DNA of 22,643 nt from Candidatus Sericytochromatia bacterium (GCA_036676985.1 JAKFBU010000011.1:1-22643), one strand, 5' to 3'; positions 1 through 8,804 are shown, counted from the first letter of the stretch. A program made the numbers and translations. Notes: generated from the sequence alone by a model not told the origin.

Positions 1-1335
1 CGAGAACCTCATCCCCTGCGTCACCGACTCGAACTTGCTCTGCCGGTTCGGCTTCACCGACGGCAGGTCGGCGCGAAGATCGACCGCGCTCTTGATGGCC
101 GACACCTCGGTCGCCACCGCGCGCACGGCCCACGAATAGCTCGCCTGCTGGAAGAGGACCCCGCCGTTGAAGTCGTTGTCCCAGAACCCGGGGAACGTGA
201 TGCTGGTGGAGGTCGTGTACCCCCGCCACTTGGCCATGAGGTTCAAAGAGCCCGTATCCTCGAACACCTCCACCACGTAACGGTTGGCTTTGTTCACCGG
301 CTCCCAGGAGAAGGTGGGCGTCGTCCCCACGCCCACGGAGTTGTTGGCGGGCCCGATGACCTTGGGCGGGGAGAGCAGTTCGAAGGTGACGGTCGACGTC
401 AGGGGCGTCGTGATGATCGCCTTGCTCGACGTCTTGTTGGTCGCGTCCGAGATCTCGCCCGACACGACGTACTTGGCGCCCTCGACGTTGGGCACGCGCA
501 GGGTCTGGCTGGTGCTGTAGCCGCGACCGACCGGCGCGGTGCCGAGCATCCCGAAGTCGAGTTGCACGTCGGTCCGGGGGGCCGGATTGGCGAACGCCCC
601 CAGGTTCTTGTAGACCACCGTCATGTCCGTGAAGGTCGTGTTCTGGGTGCGCACGCTCGCCGTGGCCAACCAGTTGGTATCCGGCGAGACCGAGGGGATG
701 TCGACCAGACGATAGCCGAACGACAGATAGCTGAAGGGCTGTTTCTCGTCCGTGACCGGCCCGCCGTTGATCTGCCCTCCCGCCAACACCGCCGAGAGGA
801 CGCTGCCGGGGAGGCCGAACTCGGCCGTGATGCCGTAGGTCCCGGTCGACTCGTTGACCCGGGCGGAGGCTGCCCCCGCGAAGCTCACGTTGCCGTTGAC
901 CTTGATCTGCGCGCCGCTCTGGTCCAGGAGCGTGCCGGTCAGGTTCAAGGCCCGGCGCGCCAGGTTGCCGTTGGTCGAGAAGCTCGGGTCCAGGTAGTAG
1001 GTGTCGCCGTCGACCACCGAGCCCAGCGCGTAGGTCGCGGAGACGTAGCCCGCCCGCGAGAACGAGATGTTCTTGCCCCCGGAGAAGTCCCCGTAGAGCG
1101 CGAAGTTCCCGGCGTTGTCGGTGTTGGTGGCGCCGAAGCCCGCCGCCACCGTGGCCTTGCCGATGGGAAGGCCCGTCTGGCTATCGAGGACGCGCCCGGT
1201 GTGCGGCCGCCCCAGCCCCGGCATGAGGCCCGGCATCGAGGGCGACAGGAGCAGGAGGTCGCAGCCCGACAGGAGGGACATCGCCATGACCATGGCCACG
1301 CCCGTGAAACCCTTCGGAAGCACGCGATTCCTCAT
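1..1335 (-). CDS. Large lipoprotein with an N-terminal carboxypeptidase-regulatory-like beta-sandwich and a C-terminal Fn3/Ig-like region; 3' end runs off the window
   Basis: Not in the ORF track because its stop lies outside the window. Read manually from ATG at 1335: MRNRVLPKGFTGVAMVMAMSLLSGC (lipobox LSG-C), then TGRVLDSQTGLPIGKATV...TDNAGNF...SRAGY, and later PTFSWEPVNKANRYVVEV...YSWAVRA. Open frame to base 1 with high GC3. Domain names are by motif resemblance. Confidence 0.8.
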   Translation of the reverse strand, partial: MRNRVLPKGFTGVAMVMAMSLLSGCDLLLLSPSMPGLMPGLGRPHTGRVLDSQTGLPIGKATVAAGFGATNTDNAGNFALYGDFSGGKNISFSRAGYVSATYALGSVVDGDTYYLDPSFSTNGNLARRALNLTGTLLDQSGAQIKVNGNVSFAGAASARVNESTGTYGITAEFGLPGSVLSAVLAGGQINGGPVTDEKQPFSYLSFGYRLVDIPSVSPDTNWLATASVRTQNTTFTDMTVVYKNLGAFANPAPRTDVQLDFGMLGTAPVGRGYSTSQTLRVPNVEGAKYVVSGEISDATNKTSSKAIITTPLTSTVTFELLSPPKVIGPANNSVGVGTTPTFSWEPVNKANRYVVEVFEDTGSLNLMAKWRGYTTSTSITFPGFWDNDFNGGVLFQQASYSWAVRAVATEVSAIKSAVDLRADLPSVKPNRQSKFESVTQGMRFS

Positions 1336-1441
1336 TGTCCCATCCCGGCCAGAAGGGGCCGCCCTTCTGAAGATCGTACGCTCGAGCGAGCCGCGGATCC
1401 GTAGCCCGCATCACGCTTGAGCCATGCCATCATACCCGGAT

Positions 1442-3487
1442 CTAGGGCCTGGAGTTCTTTCGAGCCTTCAATCGGTCGGCGATCGCCACCAGCTGACGCT
1501 CCAGTGGCTCATCACCGGCCCTGCCCCCGAACCGCTCCGACTCGTAGGAACGCACGAAGCGCTCGGCTTCCGGAGCGATCGCCTCGAACCCCGGCTGCGC
1601 CTTCAGGCGCTCCAGGTGCATGCCGGGAGTGTCGCCCGCCTGCGGGCGCTCCAGGCCGTGGCGGCTCAAGAGCGCCAGGTAGCGGCGATACGCCACGGTC
1701 GGCGGCAGGTCCTTCGTCCCCAGTCCGAAGCGCCGTCGCACGACGAACCAGGCCAGCCCGAAGAGGGTGGCTGCCGCGATCGCCACCGCGAGCAGCCCCG
1801 CCAGGCCGCCCTGCAGCTTCCCGAGCAGCTCCTTGATCGGCAGACGCGAGGCCTCCCGCGAGACGCCCATGGGATCCGACGAGCCCGGAGTCGGGTCGAA
1901 CGGCACCCAGCCCGTGCCCGGGAAGAAGGCCTCCACCCACGCGTGGGCCTCCGAGGTCTTGACCTCGTACAGGCCGGTGAAGGGGTTGTAGGTGCCGGGC
2001 AGATAGCCAGACACAAGACGGGTGGGAATCCCCTCGATCCGCGCCATGACCGCAAGCGCCGTGGCGAACTGCTCGCAGTAGGCGGACCGGTCCGGCTGCT
2101 CGAACAGGAAGTAGTCGAGCGTGTCCACCCCGTCCGGGAAGGCCGCAATGCCCAGGTCGTAACGGTAGTTCGCCTTCAGGTAGGTCTCGAGGCGACGGAC
2201 GATCTCGAAGTTGCTCGCAGCGCCCCCGGCCACCCGGTGCGTCAGCTCACGGGTGCGGGCCGTGACGGTGGGCGGCACCTGCAGGAAGGGAGCCATGCGA
2301 TCGCGCTGGGACTTCGTGAGGCGCGGGGCTTGCTTCAGCCAGTTCCGCCGGTAGCCCGCCATGTCCATGACCACCGTGTAGTAGAGCCCCTGGTCGAGCG
2401 TGACCGGGCTGCGGATGCCCCCGTTGTAGTCCTCGAACAGGGTGGAGGTCGGGAAGTAGAGGCGCCGCGATCGCTCGGGCATGAGCACGAGGTTCGTCTG
2501 GTCCTTTTCCACGTAGACCGTCACGACGCCGGTCACCCCCGAGTCGAACGGGTCGTTGCCCAGCGTGAAGGGCAGGGTGCCGACGGAGAGCGTCGCCACG
2601 TCCTCGGGCCTGAACATCCGCCAGGTGCGGCCGTCGTAGCGATCGTAGGCCATGCCGCGCCAGTACTGGCGGCGGGGCGATCGCACCTTGAGGGCGACCT
2701 CGTCGCTCAGGCGGCCGCGGAAGTTGAGGTCCAGCTCCTCGGCGAAGCCGAAATAGGCGTCCGGGTTCACCTGGCGGCGGCCCGAGGCGCCGCCCTGGCC
2801 CGCGGGGTAGGCCGAGTTCACGATCTTGGGGCTCAGGTTCGCGGGCAGAGTCATCATCATCGAGACGGGCAGCTGCTTGAGGAAGCCGCCCTCGAGGCGG
2901 GGCACGAAGAGGAAGAGGCCCACGCCGAGCGCGAGCATCACGCCCAGGGCGCGCATGAGGTGCGCGCGGCTCTCGGGACGCCGGATGGAGACCTTGGCGC
3001 CGAGCTCCGAGAGCATGTCCTCGTGACCCCACCAGAGCCCCACGAGCGCGTAGGCGAGGACGAAGAGGCCGAAGGTCATCTCGCGGCTCAGGGTCGCCGT
3101 CGAGATGAGCAGGATGGCGCCGACCATCTGGGCGATGCGCAGGTTGTGGCGCCGCGGAAGGTCGAAGGCGTTGAGGACCTGGAGCCACAGCAGCAGCTCG
3201 GCGAGGGGCAGGCGGGTGTCCTGGAGGTTGGAGACGAGGTTCGCCAGGTACTGCCAGAGCAGGTAGAGCATGCCCACGGCGAGGAGGGACTTCACCAGGC
3301 GCGAGCTGCGGCCCATCATCCGGTGGGAGAACCAGCACCCGACCCAGCAGATGGCGAGGGCGAGCAGGTAGAGGGGAGTCGCGTTGACGCTGAAGAGGGC
3401 GAGCACGCCGATGCCGAGGGAGGCGGCCGAGGCGAGGCGCAGGTTCAGCAGGGGGTCGGCGGGATTGAGGAGGGGTCTAAGCGCCAT
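1442..3487 (-). CDS. TgpA-like transglutaminase-domain membrane protein (DUF3488-type TM region, transglutaminase core, C-terminal TM and DUF4129-like tail)
   Basis: Multiple N-terminal TM segments; YWRGMAYDRYDGRTW motif; intact Cys-His-Asp triad in AYCEQFATA, EAHAWVE and WVPFDPTP; overlaps the DUF58 stop. Confidence 0.92.
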   Translation of the reverse strand: MALRPLLNPADPLLNLRLASAASLGIGVLALFSVNATPLYLLALAICWVGCWFSHRMMGRSSRLVKSLLAVGMLYLLWQYLANLVSNLQDTRLPLAELLLWLQVLNAFDLPRRHNLRIAQMVGAILLISTATLSREMTFGLFVLAYALVGLWWGHEDMLSELGAKVSIRRPESRAHLMRALGVMLALGVGLFLFVPRLEGGFLKQLPVSMMMTLPANLSPKIVNSAYPAGQGGASGRRQVNPDAYFGFAEELDLNFRGRLSDEVALKVRSPRRQYWRGMAYDRYDGRTWRMFRPEDVATLSVGTLPFTLGNDPFDSGVTGVVTVYVEKDQTNLVLMPERSRRLYFPTSTLFEDYNGGIRSPVTLDQGLYYTVVMDMAGYRRNWLKQAPRLTKSQRDRMAPFLQVPPTVTARTRELTHRVAGGAASNFEIVRRLETYLKANYRYDLGIAAFPDGVDTLDYFLFEQPDRSAYCEQFATALAVMARIEGIPTRLVSGYLPGTYNPFTGLYEVKTSEAHAWVEAFFPGTGWVPFDPTPGSSDPMGVSREASRLPIKELLGKLQGGLAGLLAVAIAAATLFGLAWFVVRRRFGLGTKDLPPTVAYRRYLALLSRHGLERPQAGDTPGMHLERLKAQPGFEAIAPEAERFVRSYESERFGGRAGDEPLERQLVAIADRLKARKNSRP

Positions 3488-4685
3488 GGGCGCCTCCCAG
3501 GGAGTCGGCGAGGTCCTCGCCCGGGGGGCACGGGATCATGCCCTGGGGAGCGGGGCCGGGGCCGACGTAGAGGCGCTGGACGTAGTCTCCGCTGGTGGCC
3601 GCCGAAGGTGTGATCAGCACGGCATGCCGATCCGTTTCACCCCCCCTTCCCCCCCTGCTTCGCAAGGGGGGCACGAGGAGTGCCCCTGCGGGGGCGGAAT
3701 TGGAAGCAGGGAGCCTCCTGCCGGCGAAGCCCGGCACCCGGAGGCCCCCCTTGCGAAGCAGGGGGGGTTGGGGGGGTGGTAACTGGGCTAGCCAGTCGAG
3801 CTGCCCCTCCAGACTCTGATCCAGCGGCTCACCCGACTGCGAGTACAACGTCACCGCGATCCCCTGCGCCTGCGCGAACGCGCACAAAGACGCCGCCACC
3901 ACGATGGCATGCTCGTACGACTCGGGCGTGTGCCCTGCGCCGAGGTCCAGGGCGATCGCCACCCCGCCCGCACTCGCCTCGCCTTCCGTCTCCTTGATCC
4001 GCAGCTCACCCGTTCGCGCCGTCGAGCGCCAGTGTACCGACTTCAGAGGATCCCCGGGCCGGTACTCCCGGATGGCCCGGATCAGCTCGTAGCCTCCCGA
4101 GGGCGCCGCAGAGCGCTCGTCCAGGTCCGCCGCGAGGCTCCCCTGCAGCCACCGCAGGCGCGGCAGCTCCACCACCCGCGGCCGCACCAGCACCTCACCC
4201 TCCGTCCGGAGCGTCCGATGCACGGCGCCCAGGCCATACGCCGGCGCCTGCACCACGACGGGCGGCAACGCGAAGCCACCCCGCCGCGGCGCGGGAAACG
4301 AAAGAGTGGTCAGCGTACGCTCCCCGGCCGCCACCTCGACCACGAGCGAATGCCCCCAGGTCTCGGGCACCAGGTAGCCGCGAAACGGCCCCACGCCCTT
4401 GCGCGTGCCCAGAGGCGGCGCCAGCAGGCTCACGAACCGTCGGGCCGTCCGCCCGGAGTGCTCCAGGGCCACCGTGCATGCGAGCGGCTCGCCCGCGACC
4501 GTCCGCTCACCCGGCCGCAGCGACGCCCTGAGGCCGCGCAGCGTCAGAGCCGCGAGCCCGAAGGCCAACAGGAAATACGACAGGAACAGGAAGCCCAGGG
4601 CATACAGCCACCCCACGCCGACGTTCGCCGCCGCGAAGAGGGTGGCGCCCGCGAGCAAGAGCAGGATGACGGCGCGGGGCGTCAC
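3477..4685 (-). CDS. DUF58 domain protein (MoxR-associated) carrying a 47-codon in-frame insertion near the C-terminus
   Basis: Two N-terminal TM helices; signature IREYRPGDPLKSVHWRSTARTGELRIKE; lies between MoxR and transglutaminase genes, the established arrangement for MoxR-proper operons. Confidence 0.9.
   Translation of the reverse strand: MTPRAVILLLLAGATLFAAANVGVGWLYALGFLFLSYFLLAFGLAALTLRGLRASLRPGERTVAGEPLACTVALEHSGRTARRFVSLLAPPLGTRKGVGPFRGYLVPETWGHSLVVEVAAGERTLTTLSFPAPRRGGFALPPVVVQAPAYGLGAVHRTLRTEGEVLVRPRVVELPRLRWLQGSLAADLDERSAAPSGGYELIRAIREYRPGDPLKSVHWRSTARTGELRIKETEGEASAGGVAIALDLGAGHTPESYEHAIVVAASLCAFAQAQGIAVTLYSQSGEPLDQSLEGQLDWLAQLPPPQPPLLRKGGLRVPGFAGRRLPASNSAPAGALLVPPLRSRGGRGGETDRHAVLITPSAATSGDYVQRLYVGPGPAPQGMIPCPPGEDLADSLGGAHGA
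3638..3778. repeat. 141-bp palindromic miniature element (REP-doublet/MITE-like) with 35-bp terminal inverted repeats, inside the DUF58 CDS
   Basis: 3638-3672 reads CA-C7-TT-C7-TGCTTCGCAA-G6-C; 3744-3778 is its reverse complement with 2 mismatches; 71-bp spacer; total length divisible by 3. Confidence 0.85.
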
Positions 4686-4688
4686 GGG

Positions 4689-5612
4689 CTAGACCGGGAC
4701 GGGCACCGAGGCGAGCAGCTCGTCGAGCAAGGCGAGCTTCGCCTTGCGGCTCGAACGCCCCGTCAGGATGAGCCGGTGGCCGAGCACCGGGCGCGCCACG
4801 GCTCGCAGGTCGTCCGGCGTGACGTAGCTGCGCCCCGCGAGGAACGCATGGGCCTGCGCCAGCCGCTGCCAGATCAGGTTGCCGCGCGGACTGAGCCCCA
4901 GCACGATCTGCGGGTGGTTCCGCGTCTCGTTGGCCACCCGGACCATGTAGTCCTGGAGGCTCGCGTCGACCCGCACCTCATGCACCTGCTCGCGCCAGGC
5001 CACGAGCTCCTCGGGCGTCACGACCGGCGTCACGCGCGGGCCCTCCGCGCGGGCCCACTGGCCCGCCAACAGCTCGCGCTCCGCCTCGGGGGACGGATAG
5101 CCCAGGCTGAGCATCATGGCGAAGCGGTCCAGCTGCGCCTCGGGCAAGGGGAACGTCCCCTGGAACTCCACCGGATTCTGGGTCGCGAGCACCAGGAAGG
5201 GGCGCGGCAGCGGATGCGACTCCCCGTCGATGGTCACCCAGCCCTCCTCCATGGCCTCGAGCAGGGCAGCCTGCGTGCGGGGAGAGGCCCGGTTGATCTC
5301 GTCGGCCAACAGCACGTTCGCGAAGATGGGCCCCGGGCTGAAGCGGAAGCTCGCGCCCTGCGGGTTGTAGATGTTGCTGCCCGTGATGTCGGTGGGCATC
5401 AGGTCGGGCGAGAACTGGACCCGCCGGAAGACACCCGCGATCGAGTGCGCGAGCGACTTGGCGAGCAGCGTCTTGCCCACGCCCGGCACGTCCTCCAGGA
5501 GCACGTGGCCCCCGGCCAAGAGTGCGGTGACGATGAGGCGCAGCGTGGGCTCCTGGCCCACCACGGCGCTGCTCAGGTTCTCGATGATCCGTTGGGGGTC
5601 GGCAGGGGTCAT
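4689..5612 (-). CDS. moxR: MoxR-family AAA+ ATPase
   Basis: HVLLEDVPGVGKT (Walker A), LLADEINR (Walker B), ATQNPVEFQGTFPLPEAQLDRF and SPRG motifs. Confidence 0.95.
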   Translation of the reverse strand: MTPADPQRIIENLSSAVVGQEPTLRLIVTALLAGGHVLLEDVPGVGKTLLAKSLAHSIAGVFRRVQFSPDLMPTDITGSNIYNPQGASFRFSPGPIFANVLLADEINRASPRTQAALLEAMEEGWVTIDGESHPLPRPFLVLATQNPVEFQGTFPLPEAQLDRFAMMLSLGYPSPEAERELLAGQWARAEGPRVTPVVTPEELVAWREQVHEVRVDASLQDYMVRVANETRNHPQIVLGLSPRGNLIWQRLAQAHAFLAGRSYVTPDDLRAVARPVLGHRLILTGRSSRKAKLALLDELLASVPVPV

Positions 5613-5624
5613 GCAGGCTCCAAA

Positions 5625-6203
5625 CTAGGCAGGGCGGGGCAGCTGAAGGAAGTTCCGGAAGAGGTCATGCCCGGCCGCCGTGAGGATCGACTCGGGGTGG
5701 AACTGCACGCCCACGAGCGTGGGGTGGTCCCGGTGCTGCATGCCCATGATGAGGCCGTCCTCGGTCCAGGCCGTGACCTCCAGGCAATCGGGCAGGCTCG
5801 CGCGCTCCACGATGAGCGAGTGATAGCGCGTGGCCTCGAAGGGTTGCGGCAGGCCCGCGAAGACCCCCTTGTCGCGGTGGTGCATGAGCGAGGTCTTGCC
5901 GTGCATGAGGTAGGGCGCGCGGATCACGCGCCCACCGAAGACCTCGCCGATGCTCTGGTGACCGAGGCAGACGCCCAGGATGGGCACCGTCTGATGGAAG
6001 CGCTCGATGAGCGCCTTGGAGATGCCCGCATCGTCCGGCGTCCCGGGCCCCGGCGAGATCACGATCCGCTCGGGAGCGAGCCGCTCGATGTCCTCGAGCG
6101 TGAGGGCGTCGTTGCGGTGCACCTGCACCTCCGCGCCCAGCTCGCCCAGGTACTGGACGATGTTGTAGGTGAAGGAGTCGTAGTTGTCGATCATCAAGAG
6201 CAA
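5625..6203 (-). CDS. trpG: Anthranilate/aminodeoxychorismate synthase component II (class I glutamine amidotransferase, TrpG/PabA)
   Basis: [25 protein letters not shown] (catalytic Cys), [14 protein letters not shown] (His-Glu); TTG start. trpG versus pabA cannot be decided here. Confidence 0.93.
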   Translation of the reverse strand: MLLMIDNYDSFTYNIVQYLGELGAEVQVHRNDALTLEDIERLAPERIVISPGPGTPDDAGISKALIERFHQTVPILGVCLGHQSIGEVFGGRVIRAPYLMHGKTSLMHHRDKGVFAGLPQPFEATRYHSLIVERASLPDCLEVTAWTEDGLIMGMQHRDHPTLVGVQFHPESILTAAGHDLFRNFLQLPRPA

Positions 6204-6215
6204 GTGAGGGGTTCC

Positions 6216-6917
6216 TTAGCTGAAATCGTCGAGGGCCATTTGCGAGGCCATCGCCTGCATGGCCTTGAGGGGATCGAGGGCCGAGATGCGCTCGTCGGCC
6301 TTGGCGTCAGTGACGGTCAACCGCTGGCCCGCGTTCCCGTCCGCCACGCCTTCGAGCTTGCTCTTGGCCGCGACGGGTGCCGTGACGGCGACCACCAGGC
6401 CCGAGGCCACGAGCTGCTCGACGGTGATCCGGTTGAGCTGCATGGCGTCCAGCTCGCGCTGTGCCAGCTTGAGCAGGTCCATGGAGGCCTGGATGTCCTC
6501 AAACCGGATCTTCTGGAGCGTCGCCAAGAGCTCCTCCTCTTCCAGGACCAGCTTCAAGAGGGCGGCCGCCTTCGCCTGCTCAGCGGTGGCCTGCATCCGC
6601 TGTGCTGCCTTTCGGATGTCGACCATCCCCAGTACGGCATCGGCCGCCTGCTTGAACAGGGTGGCCAGCTTGTCCGTAGGAGCCGACTTGGCGAGGTCCT
6701 CGAAGTGCGCCTTCATCACCTTGGCGCCGGCCTCGGTGTTCGAGAGCAGGGCATCCAGCGGCGAGCCCTTGAAGGCCGGGATCGCCCCCTGGAGGCGCAT
6801 CATCTCCTGGCGCGTCTGGGGCGACAGCTCGGAGAGAAAAGCCGCCATCTCGGGCGATCGCGCCCCGGACTGGCCGGGCTGGGACAACGGGGCCGTCTGA
6901 CGCTTGTTGACCTCCAC
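6216..6917 (-). CDS. Hypothetical alpha-helical / coiled-coil-like protein (233 aa)
   Basis: Strong RBS AAGGAGGT just upstream of a GTG at 6917, preferred over the ORF-track start at 6974, which overlaps ilvC. A/L/E/K/Q-rich with host-like codon usage; no recognised family. Confidence 0.75.
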   Translation of the reverse strand: MEVNKRQTAPLSQPGQSGARSPEMAAFLSELSPQTRQEMMRLQGAIPAFKGSPLDALLSNTEAGAKVMKAHFEDLAKSAPTDKLATLFKQAADAVLGMVDIRKAAQRMQATAEQAKAAALLKLVLEEEELLATLQKIRFEDIQASMDLLKLAQRELDAMQLNRITVEQLVASGLVVAVTAPVAAKSKLEGVADGNAGQRLTVTDAKADERISALDPLKAMQAMASQMALDDFS

Positions 6918-6958
6918 GGGCGGACCTCCTTCGACGCTAACAGCCGAACAAAGATCTT

Positions 6959-7945
6959 CTACCCCGAGAGCCACGGCATCATGTCACGCAGCGGTTTGCC
7001 CACCTGCTCGATGGGATGCTCGTCCTCGGCGGCCCGGGCCTCCGCCAGGGCCGGACAGCCCGCCCGGCTCTCGGCGATCCAGTCCCGCGCGAAGCTGCCG
7101 TCGCGGATCTCGGAGAGCACCTCCCACATGGCCTGGCGCGCGGGCTCCCCGATGATGCGCGGGCCCGCGAGGTCCGCGCCGTACTCGGCCGTGTTCGAGA
7201 TGAGCCGGCGCTGGCCCGAAAAGCCCTGACGCTGCAGCAGGTCCACCACCGCCTTGAGCTCGTGGAGGCAGCAGAAGTAGGCCACCTCGGGCTGGTAGCC
7301 CGCCGCGACCAGGGTCTCGAAGGCCGCCTTGATGAGGGAGTTGACCCCGCCGACGAGCACCACCTGCTCGGCGAAGAGGTCCGTCTCCGTCTCCTCGCGG
7401 AAGGTCGTCTCGAGGATCCCCGCCCGGGCGGCGCCGAGCCCCTTGGCGTAGGCCTTGGCGAGCTCCATGCCCTCACCCGAGGCGTCCTGGTGCACGGCCA
7501 CCAGGCACGGCATGCCGCCGCCCGTCTTGTAGAGGTCGCGAACGGCGTTCCCCTGCCCCATGGGGGCGACCAGGAGGACGTCCACGCCCTCGGGGGGCTG
7601 TACCTGCCGGTACTGGACGGCGAAGCCATGGGCGAAGACCAGGGCCTTGCCCGGCGAGAGGTGGGGGGCGATCGCCTCGGCGTAGACCTGTGGGATGCGC
7701 TCGTCGGGGAGCATGAGGGCGATGACGTCCGCCTCGGCGGCGGCCGCGGCGACGTCGAGCACCCGGAGGCCCTGGGCCGCAGCGCGCTCGCGCGAGGGGG
7801 AGCCGGGGTAGAGGCCCACGCGCACGTCGTGCCCGCTGTCACGGAGGTTGAGGGCATGGGCATGGCCCTGCGCCCCGTACCCGATCACAGCGATGCGCCT
7901 GCCCGAAAGCAGGCGCTCGTTGGCGTCGTAGTGGATGGTGGCCAC
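6959..7945 (-). CDS. ilvC: Class I ketol-acid reductoisomerase homolog with active-site substitutions
   Basis: IAVIGYGAQGHAHALNLRDSG, FAHGF, ETTFREETETDLFAEQ, AGYQPEVAYF, ISNTAEYG and HPIEQVG...LRDMMPWL motifs; 328 aa. Confidence 0.9.
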   Translation of the reverse strand: MATIHYDANERLLSGRRIAVIGYGAQGHAHALNLRDSGHDVRVGLYPGSPSRERAAAQGLRVLDVAAAAAEADVIALMLPDERIPQVYAEAIAPHLSPGKALVFAHGFAVQYRQVQPPEGVDVLLVAPMGQGNAVRDLYKTGGGMPCLVAVHQDASGEGMELAKAYAKGLGAARAGILETTFREETETDLFAEQVVLVGGVNSLIKAAFETLVAAGYQPEVAYFCCLHELKAVVDLLQRQGFSGQRRLISNTAEYGADLAGPRIIGEPARQAMWEVLSEIRDGSFARDWIAESRAGCPALAEARAAEDEHPIEQVGKPLRDMMPWLSG

Positions 7946-7947
7946 GT

Positions 7948-8667
7948 CTAGCTCTTGATCGTGTACCCGTGACGGGCCACGGTCAGGATGATCCGGGGGT
8001 TGCCCGGATCCGGCTCAATCTTCTGGCGGATGTTGCGGATGTGGGTGCGGACGATTTCCGAGTTCCCGACATGCGGCGGGTAAGCGAGGGCCTCTACCAG
8101 CAGCTGCTCCGCCGAGATGACCTCGTCGGAGTGCGTCATGAGGTGCGCGAGCATGGCGAACTCGCTCTTGGTGAGCTGGACGGCGCGATCGCCCACGTGA
8201 GCCTGGTAGTTGCGGCGGTCGAGGCGCAGCTCGCCGACGCGCATCTCCTCGGCCATGGGCTTCTGGGTCGAGGAGGCCCGACGCAGGTGGGCCTGGATGC
8301 GGAAGACCAGCTCGACCGGGTCGAAGGGCTTGGTCATGTAGTCGTCGGCGCCCTCGCGGAAGCCCTGGTACTTGTCGAGCTGCTCGTCCTTGGCCGTCAG
8401 CATGAGGATGGGGACCTGGTTGAACTGGGGTTGCGAGCGGATGCGGCGACAGAGCTCGATGCCGTCCATCTTGGCCATCATGATGTCGGTGAGGACCAGG
8501 TCCGGGGTCTTGCGGTTGATGCAATCCCAGGCTTCCTCGCCGTTGGCGACGGTCACCACCTCGTAGCCTTCCTTGCCGATGATGACTTCGAGGAGCTTGC
8601 GAAGATTGGGCTCGTCCTCGACGACCAGGATTCGCGCCGACTTCAGGTCTCGCAGTGCTTTTTCCAT
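7948..8667 (-). CDS. OmpR/PhoB-family DNA-binding response regulator (no adjacent kinase)
   Basis: REC domain ILVVEDE...DLVLTDIMM...LMLTAK...GADDYMTKPF; winged helix LTKSEF...VRTHIRNIRQKIEPDP...TVARHGY. Start placed at ATG 8667 rather than 8721. Confidence 0.93.
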   Translation of the reverse strand: MEKALRDLKSARILVVEDEPNLRKLLEVIIGKEGYEVVTVANGEEAWDCINRKTPDLVLTDIMMAKMDGIELCRRIRSQPQFNQVPILMLTAKDEQLDKYQGFREGADDYMTKPFDPVELVFRIQAHLRRASSTQKPMAEEMRVGELRLDRRNYQAHVGDRAVQLTKSEFAMLAHLMTHSDEVISAEQLLVEALAYPPHVGNSEIVRTHIRNIRQKIEPDPGNPRIILTVARHGYTIKS

Positions 8668-8732
8668 GTCCACGTCCGTCCGATACGCGCACCCCCGCCC
8701 GTGACGATGCGCTCTATACATCCCAGCGAATA

Positions 8733-8760
8733 ATTATACCCCAATCTACTCGCTCCTCAA
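8733..8760 (-). promoter_or_regulatory. Candidate sigma70 promoter for the response regulator-ilvC operon
   Basis: Minus strand TTGAGG (8760-8755), 16 nt, TATAAT (8738-8733), in an AT-richer divergent intergenic region. Confidence 0.55.
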
Positions 8761-8804
8761 TCTACCGTAATGCCTAGCTTTACGGCCTCCGACGCCTCCT
8801 TGCG

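Noticed and set aside
1201-1240. Suspected frameshift just after the lipoprotein signal peptide
   Set aside because: Re-reading the G/C runs shows a continuous frame (MPGLMPGLGRPHTGRV).
562-3613. Plus-strand ORFs 562-1404 and 1424-3613
   Set aside because: Antisense to the lipoprotein and transglutaminase genes; no recognisable motifs.
3909-7229. 1106-aa plus-strand ORF
   Set aside because: Antisense shadow of five well-supported minus-strand genes; R/H/G-rich composition typical of high-GC3 reverse frames.
7948-8667. Assignment of the regulator as cyanobacterial RpaA/RpaB
   Set aside because: Only generic OmpR-family similarity is visible; orthology needs a phylogeny.
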